A DNA stretch of 64,000 bases. It comes from Phaeosaccion multiseriatum. Lineage: Eukaryota > Protista > Ochrophyta, other classes. The notes under the pieces were generated by a model. It did not search any database. It was not told the origin of the DNA and was given only the letters and a program-made list of their open reading frames with translations. The stretch is from positions 930,001 through 994,000 of the forward strand of contig OZ218955.1 in the NCBI GenBank assembly GCA_965112735.1, written 5' to 3'. The translations under genes and the position numbers were made by a program. Positions 1 to 12,100 of this stretch are shown piece by piece (position 1 is the stretch's first letter; each line of letters opens with the position of its first letter).

Positions 1-109
1 TATTGCTGGTGGTGCGTCTGGCTTGATACTCCTTTGGGTTTCCTTCCCCTTGTTCCCACCACACCACATCCCACGAAACCACATCACACCACATCACATC
101 ACACTACAG

Positions 110-2375
110 CGCCACAGGAGGAGTGATGGAGGCCGCCCTCAGGACTGTGTACGAGATACTCACGGGCACAGCCATGGTAAGTAAGATTAAGTAAGCATGG
201 TCTCTCTGCCTCGCACTGGCATACCCATGGTAAGGAAGCACAGGCTCTGTCTCTATCTTTGTCTCTGCGTCTCTCTCTGTCCACCCCTACCTTTCTCACG
301 GACATTCCATGCTCGCCTTCCTTCCTTCCTTCCTTCTTTCCTTCCTTCCTTCCTTCCTTCCTTCCTTCCTTCCTTCCTTCCTTCCTTCCTTCCTTCCTTC
401 CTTCCTTCCTTCCTTCCTTCCTTCCTTCTTTGCTTGCTTCCTTCCTTCCTTCCTTCCTTCCTACCTACCTTCCTTCCTCCATCCCCTTCCTCCCTCCCTT
501 CCTTCCTTTTCTTCCTTTCTTCCTTCCTGCCTGCCTTCCTTCCTTCTTGCCTCGCTTCCTTCCTCCCCTCATTTCTCTCGCCCGTTTCCCTCACACGCAG
601 GCGGACTTGAATCTGACTGCCGTGCGTGGCTTCGAGGGGGTGAAAGAAGCCCCTCTCTGCCTCAAGCTTAAGCAAGCAGCAGACCAACACAAGGAGGAGG
701 AGAAGGAGGAGGAGAAGGAGGAGGAGAAGGAGGAGGAGAAGGAGGAGGAGAAGGAGGTGGTGCTGAAGGTAGCGGTGGCGCACGGTGCCAAGAACGGCCG
801 CATACTGGCGGAGAGGGTGTTGCAAGCCGTGAGGGAAGGCACGCCGCAGCCTTACCACTTGATTGAGGTGAGTCCTGAGGCCGGGGAGTCCTGGATACCC
901 TGCCCATCGCCTGCCCATCGCCTGCCATTCCCTGCCATCCTCTCTCATCCGCTGCCATCCCCTGCCGCCTTACCGCCCCCTCTCCATCCCTCTGCCATTC
1001 CTCTGCCATTCCTCTGCCATTCCTCTGCCATCCCTCTGCCATCCCTCTGCCATCCCTCTGCCATCCCTCTGCCATCCCTCTGCCATCCCTCTGCCATCCC
1101 CCTGCCATCCCCCTGCCATCCCCCTGCCATCCCCCTGCCATCCCCCTGCCATCCCCCTGCCATCCCCTGCCATCCCCCTGCCATCCCCTGCCATCCCCTG
1201 CCATCCCCCTGCCATCCCCTGCCATCCCCTGCCATCCCCTGCCATCCCCTGCCATCCCCTGCCATCCCCTGCCATCCCCTGCCATCCCCTGCCATCCCCT
1301 GCCATCCCCTGCCATCCCCTGCCATCCCCTGCCATCCCCTGCCATCCCCTGCCATCCCCTGCCATCCCCTGCCATCCCCTGCCATCCCCTGCCATCCCCT
1401 GCCATCCCCTGCCATCCCCTGCCATCCCCTGCCATCCCCTGCCATCCCCTGCCATCCCCTGCCATCCCCTGCCATCCCCTGCCATCCCCTGCCATCCCCT
1501 GCCATCCCCTGCCATCCCCTGCCATCCCCTGCCATCCCCTGCCATCCCCTGCCATCCCCTGCCATCCCCTGCCATCCCCTGCCATCCCCTGCCATCCCCT
1601 GCCATCCCCTGCCATCCCCTGCCATCCCCCTGCCATCCCTCTGCCACCCCCCTGCCATACCTCTGCCACCCCCTGCCACCCCTCTGCCATCCCCTGCCAT
1701 CCCCTGCCATCCACTGCCATCCCACACCATCCCCTGCCATCCCCTGCCGCCTTACCGCCGCCATCCCCTGCCATCCCTTGCCATCCCCTACCATCCCCCT
1801 GCTACCCTCTGCTATCCTACTGCCATCCCTTTGCCACCCCCTGCCATTTCTCTGCCACCCCCTGCCACCCTAGGTGATGGCCTGTTCCGGTGGTTGCTTG
1901 GGGGGGGGCGGTCAGCCCAAGTCGCAGGATCCTCAAATCCTCCTCAAGCGGGCACAGGTACGATAGAACCTCTCTTGTCCTCTCTTGAAACTGAAATTGG
2001 CAGACGCGGACACGCCAACTGAAACTGAAACTGAAACTGAAACTGAAACTGAAACTGAAACTGAAACTGAAACTGAAACAGGCCATCTACAGACTTGACA
2101 TGGACAGCCCGAAACGAAAGAGTCATGCTAACCCATCTGTGCAGAAGCTCTACAAGGACTTCATAGGGGAACCGCTTGGTCACACGGCACATGAGAAGCT
2201 ACACACACCTTACTCGGCGAGGGGGAGGAGGGGGAAGGAGAGGGAGAGGAGGGAGAAGGAGAGGAGGGAGAGGGAGACAGCGGAGGCGGGTGAAGGAGAG
2301 GGAGGGGAGGGAGAAGGAGAGGAGGGAGAGGGAGAGACGGGAGGAGGGGGGGGGCTGGGGAGGGCTGGGGGGTGA
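110..2375 (+). CDS. hydA: [FeFe]-hydrogenase, C-terminal part (5' end lies outside the window); exons ~110-176, 601-867, 1874-1957, 2082-2375
   Basis: Spliced translation gives ATGGVMEAALRTVYE, VRGFEGVKEA, LKVAVAHG, H-cluster L3 motif YHLIE|VMACSGGCLGGGGQP and the small-subunit-like tail RKSHANPSVQKLYKDFIGEPLGHTAHEKLHTPY. All junctions are GT..AG and phase-compatible. Confidence 0.92.
316..560. repeat. (CCTT)n microsatellite in hydA intron
   Basis: Direct tandem cttccttc repeats. Confidence 0.95.
900..1870. repeat. 10-11 nt minisatellite (GCCATCCCCT)n filling a hydA intron
   Basis: Perfect decamer core ~1211-1630 with degenerate flanks; explains ORFs 259..2022, 668..1774, 945..1730 and 970..1794. 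Confidence 0.97.
1987..2079. repeat. (AAACTG)n hexamer repeat running into the splice acceptor
   Basis: aactgaaactgaaactg...aaacag|gcc. Confidence 0.95.
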
Positions 2376-2989
2376 CGGAGACGGAGAGGGACAGAGAGGG
2401 GGAGGAAGAGACAGAGCGGGAGGGAGGACGAGGTGGAGAGTCTAGGCAGGAAGGCAAGAAAGAGGAAGACAAAGGAAGGGAGGGGGCTTGAGGGCGAATC
2501 GTTCAATTGACTTGATGCTATTCGGCACGGGATGAGATGTTATTTAATTTTTATATATATATATACATATTTTTTTTTTTGACATTGGGACTGGACTGCA
2601 TTTCAGTTTGAGGTTAGCTTCCAAACAGCTTCGTTTCTGGCCGAGCCATCCCCAGGGCGAAACACCCTCACACCCTCACACCCTCACACCCCGCGTCGAA
2701 GGGGTACGGAATGCTACCCGAGCCACAAGTTCGGCCCCGGACAGGTTTCTAGGTATCCACCTTTGGAAACATACAGGAAACATGCCGACTGGCGCCGGCC
2801 AGAATAAGAGAACAGGCTGCCGGCTGGCCCAGCTAGGCTGGCGCCGGCCAGAAACAGGAAACAGGGAAATCTGTCAAGGCCGAACACGTTGGAAGGTGGC
2901 TAAGTACGCACTGTGGTGCTTCACACTCACAGACAGTGTGCAGAAGGTGTGTGAGGGGGGTGTGGTAGTAGGAGAATGTCGCACGGGAT

Positions 2990-3135
2990 GAGGAGGAGGA
3001 GGAGGAGGAGGAGGAGGAGGAGGAGGAGGAGGAGGAGGAGGAGGAGGAGGAGGAGGAGGAGGAGGAGGAGGAGGAGGAGGAGGAGGAGGAGGAGGAGGAG
3101 GAGGAGGAGGAGGAGGAGGAGGAGGAGGAGGAGGA
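2990..3135. repeat. (GGA)n trinucleotide repeat
   Basis: Uninterrupted gaggag tract of ~145 nt. Confidence 0.97.
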
Positions 3136-3185
3136 AAGGGTCTTCTCTCACCCTCTGGAGCGCTTCCCCGTGCAAGTAGCTCAAG

Positions 3186-6119
3186 TCACAAGGAAGTCAT
3201 CGGAACGGCAAATGTGACGGCAAGTGTAACGGCAAAATCCAGTAACTGTTGATTGGTATACATGGACAAACATCTAAAAATTATGTTAGTCTTGACCTCT
3301 GACGATATTGGAGTAGAAATCTCTCCCTGCTTGATTGTTCCATATCCTCTCCTCCCCTCTCCTCTCCTCTCCTCTCCTTTCCACTCCTGTCCCTCTACTC
3401 TCCCCCTCCCCCCCCCCCCTCCCCATCGCACCCCCTCCCTACTTCTTCTTAGCAGCAACTGCTTTACCTCCCTTACCCTTCTCCTTCTTGCTACTGTTGG
3501 TACTCCCTTTACTACCCCCGTCCTCCTCCTCCCCCTCCCCCTCCCCCCTCCCCCCCTCCTCCCCCACCCCCCCTTTCCCTGCCCGCCGCTGCCTCGCCTT
3601 ATGCACAGGCTCCTGAAGCACAAACGCGACATGCAGGTCCCTCACTTCCCTCGCGATGGCCCCCATTGGAGTCGCTAATTGACACGCCGCTGAGTCGCGA
3701 TTTTTCCTCCGCTCCCTCTCTTGGGCACACATTGCCTCATCGCGCAGAACAGGAGGCATATGGGCAGGCGTATGGGCGCCAGGGTCATCTGATGGGACGT
3801 TGGTAGTATTGACGTTATCGCCATCTGTAGGAGCCTCGGCCCCCGGGGGCGGTGGTGAGGCGAAGAACGTCCTACGCAGAGAGGATAGAAGGAAGGAAGG
3901 AAGGAAGGAAGGAAGGAATGAATGAAGAGGAAGGAAGAGAGGAAGGAAGGAAGGAAGGAAGGAAGGGAGGAAGGAAGGAAGGGAGGAAGGAAGGAAGGAA
4001 GGAAGGAAGGGAGGAAGGAAGGAAGGAAGGAAGGAAGGAAGGAAGGAAGGGAGGAAGGAAGGAAGGAAGGAAGGAAGGAAGGAAGGAAGGAAGGAAGGAA
4101 GGAAGGAAGGAAGGAAGGAAGGAAGGAAGGAAGGAAGGAAGGAAAGAAGTCAATAAGTCAATAAGTCAGTGAGTCACTCAGTTCGTCCGTCAGCCAATCA
4201 CCGTCAGTCACTGAAACTGAAGCTGAGTCACTGAAACTGAAACCAATTACTGAAACTGAGTCCCTGGAACAGAAAAGCAAAATCCAACTCACCTTGCCAG
4301 CTCGGGCGTGGGGAAAACGAGCTGCTGCTCTACGGCGTCTCCCTCATCATCGCTCTCACTGTCACTCAGATGTTCAACTTTCTCCAAACCTCTATCACCC
4401 TCCCCCTCTCTCTTCCTTCCCTGTCCTCCAGTCTGTCCTCCTCTTTGTTCTCTCTGTGATGGCTCTGCAAGGGAGTCCCCCACCCCTGCCAGCAGAGGCC
4501 TTCCTCGAGGCTGCCAGAGGGGGGTGTAGGACTGCCCAGCCATGCAAGACAGGCCGGAGGAGCGACGCTCGTTGCAGGGGCGGTATCTGTTGGTTGTATG
4601 TAGAAGGCCGGGGGGGGGGGGGTTGGAGGGAGAGGGGAGGCAGGAAAGGAGGAAAGGAATGAGAACAGCGTCCGCTCCGTGATATCTCGAGACTTATCCC
4701 GAAACTCTTCTCCCTCCCTCTCTCCCTCCCTCCCTCACTCGCTCCCTCTCCCTCTCCCTCTCTCTCCCTCCCTCCCTCCCTCCCTCCCTCCCTCCCTCCC
4801 TCCCTCCCTCGCTCGCTCTCTTCCGCCCGCTCCCTCTCCGTCTCCCGCTGCCTCCCCCTCTCTCCCTCCCCCCCCCTCCCTCCCCCTCCCCCTCTCTCCC
4901 CCTCCCCCTCCCCCTCCCCCCCCCCCTCTCCTTCTCTCTCTCCCTCCCTCGCTCGCTCCCTCTCCCTCTCCCTCTCCCTCCCTCCCCCTCCCTCCCCCTC
5001 CCCCTCTCTCCCCCTCCCTCTCCCCCTCCCCCTCCCCCTCTCTTACCCTTTCCCCCTCTCCTTCTCGCTCACCCTCTCCCTCTCCCTCTCCCTCTCCCCA
5101 CTCCCCCCCCCCTCTCCCTCTCTCTCCCTCCCCCCCCCCCTTCTCTCCCTCTCTTTCTCTCTGCACCCACCCACCTGTCCGATAAGGTGGGATATTGGCT
5201 GTAAGCTCGGAGGGTGGAGGAGCCCACTGAATACCCCAACAGCAACCCCTTGGTGACATGTATCTCCCTAGGGATAGGGTGGGGTCGAGCACACCAGAAG
5301 GGGTCCGCCTCCGTCAAGCGAGAGGCCTCCACGTACACCTGTTGGTGATACACAGGGGGTGGTGAGGGGCAAGTGCGAACACACACACACATGTACACAC
5401 ACATATAGAGAGCAAGAGATGATGAGAGACTTATTGAAGTGAATACCTCGATGCGGGCACAAACCTCGGATTGAGCCGCAGGAATACCTCCCCACGCACG
5501 CACGCACGCACGCGCACACACAGCGACACACGTACACGCACGCAGACACCCACGCACACACGTAAATACATAAACACGCATGCACGCGCAAACGGAACTA
5601 TACGCACATACGCACGCACACACACACACACACACAAAATACATGCACACGCATGAACGCACGCGCGCACGCAAGTATACACGCACACGCACGGTACACA
5701 CGCACGCACGCACACACGCACGCACGCACGCACGCACGCACCTTCAGGCGAGGGTCTGGTGTGATGAGGTCCACTCCAGCGGCGTTGCGGGGTCTGTGTT
5801 TGTTTGGGTTGAGGAGCGCGTCAGGGGCCCGGGCATTGGCCTCCACCTCCTTCGCTTCCGCCTCCTCGCCCAACCGGCGGTCTGAGGGGGTCGAGGGGGA
5901 GAGGGGAGGGGGAGGGAGGGGTGTCAGTCGAGTCTTAATGAGTCCTCAGTATAGTTTACAGTCCACACCCTTTAGCTTCACTCTCCTCCCTTCCCCCTTT
6001 CCTCCTTCATTTTTCTTCCTCCTTCGCCTCCCTCCTTAATCTCACCTTCCTCCTCCAGCCAGTCCATGAGAGACAATCCTCCTGCTGCCGTCGCTGCGTC
6101 GCCTTCGCCGTCTATACAT

Positions 6120-6161
<42 letters not shown>

Positions 6162-9100
6162 ACACACACATACACACAAATGCCACGAACACAGGAAAGA
6201 ATGGGTGGAGGGGAGGCTTGGGGTTGAATACACTGAAGCTGAAACTGCAACTGACAGTGAAACTGAAACTGAAACAAGGATAGATACCCAACCACACCTA
6301 CACGGGATAGACAGATGCGCAACTACACACACATACACAGCCTGTCCGTTGTGTGTGCATGTGTGTGTGTTGATCCCCTGATCATCTCATGAGTTTACGT
6401 AATAATACTTGAACAGCAAAGAATTGGAACCTACACACCTGGGGCAACGGGTTCCTCCAGGCGGGGGTTCTGAGCCAACTTCAGGCCTACGGTGCTTCTC
6501 CTCCGGCCGAGGGTAGCCTTTCCCTCACTGCGTTCAGTTGTGCCCAGCGCAGCCTAGGAAGGGGGGGATGAGGGAGGGAGAGAGGGAGGGAGGAAGGGAG
6601 GGAGAGAGGGAGGGAGGGAGGAAGGAAGGAAGGGAGGGAGGGAGGGAGAGAGGGAGGGAGGGAGGGGGGGATGAGGGAGGGAGAGAAGGAGGGAGGAAGG
6701 GAGGGAGAGAGGGAGGGAGGAAGGAAGGGAGGGAGGGAGGGAGGGAGGGAGAGAGGGAGGGAGGAAGGAAGGAAGGGAGGGAGGGAGGGAGGGAGGGAGG
6801 GAGAGAGGGAGGGAGGGGAGGATATGGCATAAGGCTCTGTCTCAAGAGTCTTAGGGCCTGGAAGGAAGAGACGGTCCATAAACTGACAGACACTCACCTG
6901 CCAGCCCGGTCTTGCGTCTCTGGGCTGTCGCCTGCCGCACTCCTCGAAGGCCCCCACTCGCAGCTCTCTCCCCTGAGGTGAGGAAAGGTGAGGGGAGGTG
7001 AGGGGGGGCGAGGGGAGGTTAAAGGGAAACGTTAAAGGGAAATGAGAGTCATGCCGCAGGTGTGTCAGGACAGGGAGAGAGAGAGCATGTCAGGGCAGAG
7101 TGACAGGGTGGAGAGAAAGGGGGTGTCAGGACACAGAATGAGTGAGGGAGTGAGTGTCTAAGTGACTGAGTGAGTGAGTGACTGACTGACTGAGGGACTG
7201 ACTGACTGACTGACTGACTGAGTGACTGAGTGACTGAGTGACTGACTGACTGAGGGACTGACTGACTGACTGACTGACTGAGTGAGTGACTGAGTGAGTG
7301 ACTGACTGACTGAGTGACTGACTGACTGAGTGAGTGACTGAGTGACTGAGTGAGTGACTGAGTGACTGACTGACTGAGTGACTGACTGAGTGACTGAGTG
7401 ACTGAGTGACTGAGTGACTGAGTGAGTGACTGAGTGAGTGACTGACTGATTGAGTGACTGACTGATTGAGTGAGTGACTGACTGACTGAGTGGGTGACTG
7501 AGTGACTGAGAGACTGACTGACTGACTGACTGACTGACTGACTGACTGACTGACTGACTGACTGACTGACTGACTGACTGACTGACTGAGTGACTGACTG
7601 ACTGACTGACTGAGTGACTGACTGAGTGAGTGACTGAGTGACTGAGTGACTGAGTGACTGAGTGACTGACCTTCTCCTGACTGAGCAGCAGCCCTAGAGG
7701 GGGCTTCGCCTGCTCTGTGTAGCCCATGGCGTTGGCCTCCACATGGACGCGGAGCCGCAGGAACGAGTTGAGGTCATCGAAGTCATCGCCCTTGGTGTCA
7801 GGACCTGCGGATGGATGGCAGTAGATGGATATCAGGGGATGGTAGTGGACGGTTTTGGGTTTGATAGGTTCGCTTTGCTTTGCATCGGTTTGAATACACG
7901 GTTGGGTTGATTTGGGTCGGGTCGTTTTTGCTGGACACCTCAGGGGTGGGAGAGAGAGGGAGAGCGGGGAGGGGAGCCCCTTGTCTGATGTCTCACCTCT
8001 GTCCTCCACCCGCTCTCTCCTTCTATCTCTCCCTCCCCGCTCTCTCCTTCTATCTCTCCCTCACCTCTCTCCTTCTATCTCTCCCTCACCTCTCTCCTTC
8101 TATCTCTCCCTCACCTCTCTCTCCTTCTTTCTCTCCCTCACCTCTCTCTCCTTCTATCTCTCCCTCACCTCTCTCTCCTTCTTTCTCTCCCTCACCTCTC
8201 TCTCCTTCTATCTCTCCCTCACCTCTCTCTCCTTCTATCTCTCCCTCACCTCTCTCCTTCTATCTCCCCCTCACCTCTCTCTCCTTCTTTCTCTCCCTCA
8301 CCTCTCTCTCCTTCTATCTCTCCCTCACCTCTCTCTCCTTCTATCTCTCCCTCACCTCTCTCCTTCTATCTCTCCCTCACCTCTCTCTCCTTCTATCCCT
8401 CCCTCACCTCTCTCTCCTTCTCTCTCCCTCACCTCTCTCTCCTTCTATCTCTCCCTCACCTCTCTCTCCTTCTATCTCTCCCTCACCTCTCTCTCCTTCT
8501 ATCTCTCCCTCACCTCTCTCCTTCTATCTCTCCCTCACCGCTCTCTCCTTCTTTCTCTCCCTCACCTCTCTCCTTCTATCTCTCCCTCACCTCTCTCTCC
8601 TTCTATCTCTCCCTCACCTCTCTCCTTCTATCTCTCCCTCACCTCTCTCCTTCTCCCCCTATCTAACTGTCTCATCCCTCACCTCTGTCATCGACCCCCT
8701 CGGGTAGCCGAGAAGTCGACGCGTCCTCCACAAACACCGGAAAGGCCTGACGCTCCACATCCTGAAACGTCAGGGAGAAGCTCAGACCACCATCACCGTC
8801 ACCAGTTGGTGATACGGCACGCTGCTGCCCCTCTCCCTCGCCCTCTTGCCCTTGTCCTGCCTCTAACATGGCCTGTACAAGGCTTTGAGACACGAGGGAA
8901 CCGCTTCCCGACCAACAGGGACCCAACCGTTGCACCAGAGAGGACGCTGTATCACCAACTGCTATATTGCCACCTTCTCCTCCTCCTCGTCCTCCTCCTC
9001 CTCCTCCCCCCCCTCCTCCCCCTCCTCCTCCTCCTCCTCCCCCCCCCTTTGCAGAGGAGGAGCTTTCGCCCCCCACAAGCCCCGCCAAGGCTTGTCTAGT

Positions 9101-12100
9101 GTCCACCTCTACAAGTTCTCGCACTTGGGCCCGAGTGTTTGCCCCACCCAACCTCCTCCAAATGGCGGCGATCCGCTTCTCGGCTCGTCTGGTTATATGG
9201 CCGTGGGTGGATGGATGGCAGTCGATGGGTGGATGGATGGATGGCGGTCGATGGGTGGGTGGATGGATGGCAGTCGATGGGTGGGTGGATGAGAGTTTGA
9301 TGGGCTCATGGGGGCAGGGACGGTTTTAGTGCTCGTTGGAGCACGGTGGAGAGAGAACCTCCTTTCCGTCAGCTTCTCCCTCACTCCTCCTTCCTCCCTC
9401 ACTCCTCCTTCCTCCCTCCCTCCCTCCCTCCCTCCCTCCCTCCCTCCCTCCCTCCCTCCCTCCCTCCCTCCCTCCCTCCCTCCCTCCCTCCCTCCCTCCC
9501 TCCCTCCCTCCCTCCCTCCCTCCCTCCCTCCCTCCCTCCCTCCACCCCCCTCACCTCCGGACGATCCACTTGCCCACGAGGTAGACAAAGCGCAGCCCTA
9601 CGGCCCTTCTCTTGTCCCACGCGTCATTCTTGTACACATCCCAATTGGGCTCACACGTAAAGCCCCATCCACTGTGGCCCGTGCCTGCTCGGGTTGAAGG
9701 GAGGGTAGAAGGTAACAACTGAGCACAAAAGTAGTGAAGCTGTGTACGAAGTATGTCTCCTTGTCTCCCTCCCTGTATCCCGCCCCCCCTCCCCTCCCTC
9801 CCTCCCTCCCTACTCTCCATCCCCTCCCTCCCATCCCTCCCCCGCCCACCTGTAAGCAACACCGACGCCAGCCCCTGACTCTCCCCCTGTCCCTGCGGTC
9901 CCTTTAGACGAGTGTTTACTGCCGTCCTTTGCACTTGTCTCTGGTGCCGAGCAAGCAGGCTCTGGCAGTTACGCCGAGTGTTGAGCACTGCGCGTATCTC
10001 TGCAGCGTTGAGAAGCGGCTCCCCTATGTGCTCCTGTGGTGGTGTTGTGTGTGTGTGTGTGAGGGGGGGGTCGGCGAGTGTGTGTGTGTGAGTACGTGCG
10101 TTTGTCTGCGTGTTTGCGTGTGTCTATGCTTATCCTCCTCCTCCTCCTCCTCTTCATCCTCCTCCTCCTCCTCCTCCTCCTTCTCCTCCTCCTCCTCCTC
10201 CTCCTCCTCCTCTTCATCATCCTCCCCCTCCTCCTCCTCCTCCTCCTCCTCCTCCTCCTCCTCCTCCTCCTTCTCCCGGGTCCCTATCTACCTGGCTGCT
10301 TCTGAACTCCCTCGTCTTCTCCTCCTCTTGTGCAGCTACAAAGTCTTGCATAAAGGCGAGTCCCTGAAGCTGCTGGGAAGAGGAGGTAGAGGAGGAGGAG
10401 GCAGCGCCTGAGGAAGCTTCAAGGCCAAGGCCCTCCGTTTGGCTCTTCTCAAAGGCTTCGATTGAACGGAAGGGCAGCGCCGCAGCTGAGAAGCGGAGGC
10501 GAGGGGAGAGGGGAAGAGAGAAAGGGGGGAGGGAGGGGAGGGGGGAAGAGAGAAAGGGGAGGGCGGGGAGGGGGGAAGAGAGACAGAGGGGAGGGAGGGA
10601 GGGGCGAAAGAGAGGGGGAGGGGGGAGGGGGAAGGGGAGGAGAGGCAGGCGGGGGGACGTGGGGGGGGGGGGCAGGAAGAGAGAGGGTCAACACCAGTGA
10701 AGCAGTCAATCATTCAATCCTGCAATCATTTAATCAAGCAAGCAAACAAGCCAGGAAGCAGGCAAGCAAGCAGGCAAGCAAACACCGATAGTTAAGCAAG
10801 AGGGGCAGGCTCCCTCCTCCTCTACTCCTTGGCTGAAGAATACACTGAAACTCAAACTCCTCCAATCCCACTTACGTGGGGCCGTCCGGCGCATCGACCC
10901 TCCTCCTCGCCGCGAGCCGTCTCCCCTCCCCTCCTCCCCCTCCCCCTCCCCCTCGCCGGGCAGATAAGTCGATGCTGTGATAGCTCGCAGCGCTTCCCGC
11001 TCCTCGATCTGTTTCTTCCTCTCCTCCCTGGCGTGCTGAATGGCCAGTTTCAGATCGGCGGGCTTGAGCATACCCTCCTTCTGCGTGAGTACGTAATTCA
11101 CAGCGTTGGTGCACGCCAGTTGTGAGGGTATCATGAGTCCTTCCACCACTTGCGGCCGCAGCTCAAGGGCAGAGGCGGTGCTGGCGGCTGAAGGACCATT
11201 TCTCAGGGGCGTCGCCATTTGCGGTGGATGCGTCTTCGATCCTCGACTGCCCTCCTTGTGCCGTCCCTCACGTCCATCCTCCTCCTCCTCCTCCTCCTCC
11301 TCATCCTCCACCACCACCTCGCCAGCCTCCGCCTCTCCTTCTCCATCCACTGCCATCTTCACGCGGCGCCGTGCCCGCCTCCTCCCCCTCCCTCCTCCTC
11401 CCTGCCGCTGCTCTCTATGCCTTTCCGCTGTCTTTGTGCTCAGCCACGCCCCCCCCGCATCAAAAGCCGCTCCTGAACCCTTGCCAGTGGCAAAGGCTGC
11501 TCCCCCCGTGTAGTGCCCAACGGAGGCAGAGGGTACAGTGTCAATAAGGTCTGTAGACGCGGGGTAGTGCGACGCCGTGCCTCCTTTATTGCCTCCTCCC
11601 CCTGTTGTGCTTCCTTTGCTGTTTCTCTTCACCCCCCTCCCATGTCGACCGCTTCGAGACGCTGCGGCGTCAAATCCATCGCCGCCCTGATTGATTGAGT
11701 GAGTGAGTGAGTGAGTGAGTGAGTGAGTGCGTGCGTGAGTGAGTGCGTGCGTGAGTGAGTGAGTGAGTGTTAGGAACAAGAAGCAAACACTACAACAAGC
11801 AAACAGGGACACGGACAATGGAAAGGGGTGTGGGTATGTGGAGCATCACTGCTTCATGGCGCAGGTGCAATCCCCCCCCCTCGCTCTGCCTTGCTTCTTT
11901 CCTCTCATCCACCCTTTAAGAAAGTTCGCTTCTCTCTCTTCCCCTCTCTCTCTCTTGCCTCTCTCTCCCTCTCTCTCGCTCTCTCTTCCTCTCCCTCCCT
12001 CCCTCCGCCCTCCCCCGTCTCTCTCTCACCTCCCCGTCTTCGCTCTCCGGGCCGTCGCCAATCCCAGCATCATCATCCCCGGGGGCAAGGTTCATCGACA

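Noticed and set aside
259-2022. 587-aa ORF and overlapping PCHPLPSPAI/GDGRGWQGM ORFs
   Set aside because: Stop-free translation of intronic satellites; only 601-867 is real coding sequence in that frame.
110-2375. Nar1/NARF (CIA factor) interpretation
   Set aside because: TGGVMEAALRT and the RKSH.NP...LY...GEP...AH..LHT tail fit catalytic HydA better.
4560-4590. Suspected frameshift at a CFAP221 exon junction
   Set aside because: Recounting the C-run shows AG|A TAC CGC CCC TGC is in frame.
7158-9099. Long ORFs 7158..8009, 7880..8707 and 7912..9099
   Set aside because: Satellite translations or antisense to CFAP221 exons.
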